64,000 nucleotides of DNA from Asterias rubens (Eukaryota): assembly GCF_902459465.1 (NCBI RefSeq), contig NC_047068.1, positions 10,664,001-10,728,000 of the forward strand. Direction: 5' to 3'. Shown piece after piece: positions 61,272 through 64,000 of the stretch. Under the pieces are notes generated by a model. It saw only the letters and a list, made by a program, of their open reading frames with translations, was not told where the DNA came from and did not search any database. The number at the start of each line of letters is the position of its first letter. Positions within the stretch are counted from its first letter, which is position 1. Both the position numbers and the translations under genes were made by a program.

Positions 61272-62111
61272 AAAGATGGCATCCTGGTGGAGAGTAGTGC
61301 AGACAAGGTTGGGGCATTTTCTCAAACCTCGGCTTGTGCTCTGGCTCCGTTATCAGTTTTGGAGCAATTTAAATTATTTTGCGGTATTTCCAACATCAAA
61401 GAGAGAGAGCCCGGAGCCAGAGATTGAACCTCGGTCTGAACTGGTATTTGTTCTTGCATGAAGAGAACCAGTGTGATTAATGTTATTAAGTGATGCTAAG
61501 ATTTCAAATATGGTGTACCACATAAACCAAAACTTGTTTCAATGTGCTCCCCTTGTATCCAAATCCAGATTTCATGTATTGAATTGTCTTCTCTTTTTCC
61601 TCTTTAATTTTGTGTTCACCAGTTTTGGGGTTTTTTCTATTTTTTAATGCTGCTTTTACAATTCCCGTTTGTCTGTTTTACTCAAAAATAATATTTATGA
61701 TATTGTATTTATACATAATATTCATGAATATGTATTTTTAATGTACTTTTATTGTAAACTAAATTCCCTCAGTCTTTGACTTTTTATTTGGTGATGTATT
61801 TCCAATAAAATAAACCAATTTTTAATTGAATGCGCCTTATTTTTGACCGAACGAGGGCGCTATAAATAGTATTCTTATCACTTCTGGGAGTACGTGCGAT
61901 TCCCCCTGCACAAATTAATAGGCGTTCTGTCACTTTTGTTGCGCCGTAGTTTCAATTTGCTTTAGAGGTGGATTATAACGGCCCCTTTAAAAGTCTTAAT
62001 GTCCGTGGTGGATTAGATGTCTGTGGTGGTAATGTGTCCCAATCTGTATAACTGTTTTGGGTATGAATGAATATACCACTGGAAATGATTGAGAGCGCCC
62101 TCATGTGGTCA

Positions 62112-62462
<351 letters not shown>

Positions 62463-62503
62463 TCAGTTGTTAACTAAGAGAGGTTTGGGTTAACACCATG
62501 TGA

Positions 62504-62659
62504 ATAGATGGGTTGCAATACGTGTCATAGACTGCCATCTTTGATGTATTAACACGTGAAAAGTGCACGAGAGTCACGCGCAGCGCGTACACCCATGCAC
62601 TTTTCCACTGTTAATACATCAAAGATGGCAGTCAATGACGCATATTGCAACCCATCTAT
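62504..62659. mobile_element. Long-hairpin MITE (arms of about 64 bp)
   Basis: ATAGATGGGTTGCAATA...GACTGCCATCTTTGATGTATTAAC is mirrored almost perfectly. Confidence 0.85.
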
Positions 62660-64000
62660 ATCTTTATTTGAGTATTGTTGATGAGTCGTTAACCACTGGT
62701 TCTTTTCAGAACTCAAAAGTGATATTCACATGGAGTTACCTCAAACCTTTCTTAGTAATATATATTTGTTTTCCAACTAATTTGCGAGTACTTGTACATC
62801 AACTGTTCCAATTCTAATGTTTACACTAAGCCTTTGACTACAACTGTATTGTTTAATAATCAAATAGAATAATAATAATGATAATACTAATTTTTATAGC
62901 AAATTCTGAAAATATTTCCCCATGTTTATCACATTTGTATGGATTGTAATTAGGCCTATGTAATCTAACTAGGTCAAATGAAATACCAGTATAAAAAGAA
63001 CAATTACCATGCAAATTTATGTAAATATGAAAATATCAGTAAAGAAAATAAACATGTCCTTACAATTAATAACTAAAATGTTATGGGTTGTACTATGTAA
63101 AAGAGGTTGACATGAAAAGTCAATCGCAAACAATACAAAAATTTAAACACAGTTTCAAGTAAGCATAGAAGTATCAGAAATAGAAATGTAAAAGGTAACA
63201 ATAATAATCAAAACGCTTAAGAGGGGATAAAATCAAAACAAGACAACAGAATATGAACACCTCAGATAAATCACAGGAAAAGAGCAAAATGTGAACAATA
63301 ATCAAGGTTAAAAGCAACTCAAGTAGCAGAAAGTGGGAAGGACACCCAATCCGAGCCTTTCTCTGTGGGAAAGGGATAAAAACAACCACAAAGCCATATT
63401 TAAAGCAGTGGAAAAAAGGTAAAGATGATCACAACCCAGATCCATGGCTCTGCCTACGGCTGAATTCTGTGCTTATTAAAACCACCATTCTCCACCTACA
63501 GGGCAAGCGTGGAGTATGCAGGCGCACAAGAAAAATTTCTGTGCTAAACTATGAAACATGCTCAACATAAGCGTGGAATTTTCGGCTTTCTGTAAGCTCT
63601 GATTCTTTGCATACAGTAAGCAGAGCCGTGACATTGGGCTCAGAAGTAAATGGTTTCATGAAGGGTTATCTACAGAGGAAAACTTCAAAAGCAAAACATT
63701 ATGAAATATGATCAAACAACACGTTAAATACAAGCTCAATACAAAGTGACCATTTACTCTAACAGCAATATAGAACGAGCATGGAGCATGGAATTTTTAT
63801 TTTTTTATTTTTACAATTCAGTTTAAAAATCCGGGCCCAAAGCCAAAGTGAGCAGAAAGCCAGCCCCAAAAGTACAAAAGAAAATGGTATTTTGGCTGGT
63901 AACCTTGGCTGGTAATGCTTAGCTCAGCTACAAGAGTGCTTAAGCATCTCTTTGAAATTGAAAAATGCTGAGCACTTGATCAAAACTAGACATAACAAAG

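Overview
Intron-rich animal genomic DNA. It is probably an invertebrate deuterostome, most likely a sea star; this is inferred from protein and repeat style only, with no database search. I assembled four genes exon by exon from GT-AG boundaries and reading phase. (1) Axin, minus strand: the RGS/tankyrase-binding exon and the next exon are present, and the rest of the gene runs off the left edge. (2) DDX47/RRP3 DEAD-box helicase, plus strand: complete, 13 exons, 454 aa. (3) PALB2, plus strand: complete, about 1354 aa, with coiled coil, ChAM, MRG15-binding FxLP motif and WD40 domain, and a single 2946-nt exon. (4) The 3' half of a classical protein kinase C, minus strand. Introns hold LINE and SINE fragments, TTAA-flanked and palindromic MITEs, hAT-like elements and small tandem arrays. 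There is an N gap at 58028-58384. Main observations: the PKC has two alternative C-terminal exons matching vertebrate PKC-betaII (proximal) and betaI (distal) in the same order as in PRKCB; a Penelope-type repeat carries minimal hammerhead ribozymes in the sense strand of three host introns; a bipartite TCF HMG+Helper motif recurs across the Axin locus; a uORF overlaps the Axin ATG; decayed tandem copies of a PALB2 exon lie just upstream of the real exon; and Axin/PALB2/cPKC linkage echoes human 16p and 17q24. All splice models, structures and functions are predictions made by eye.
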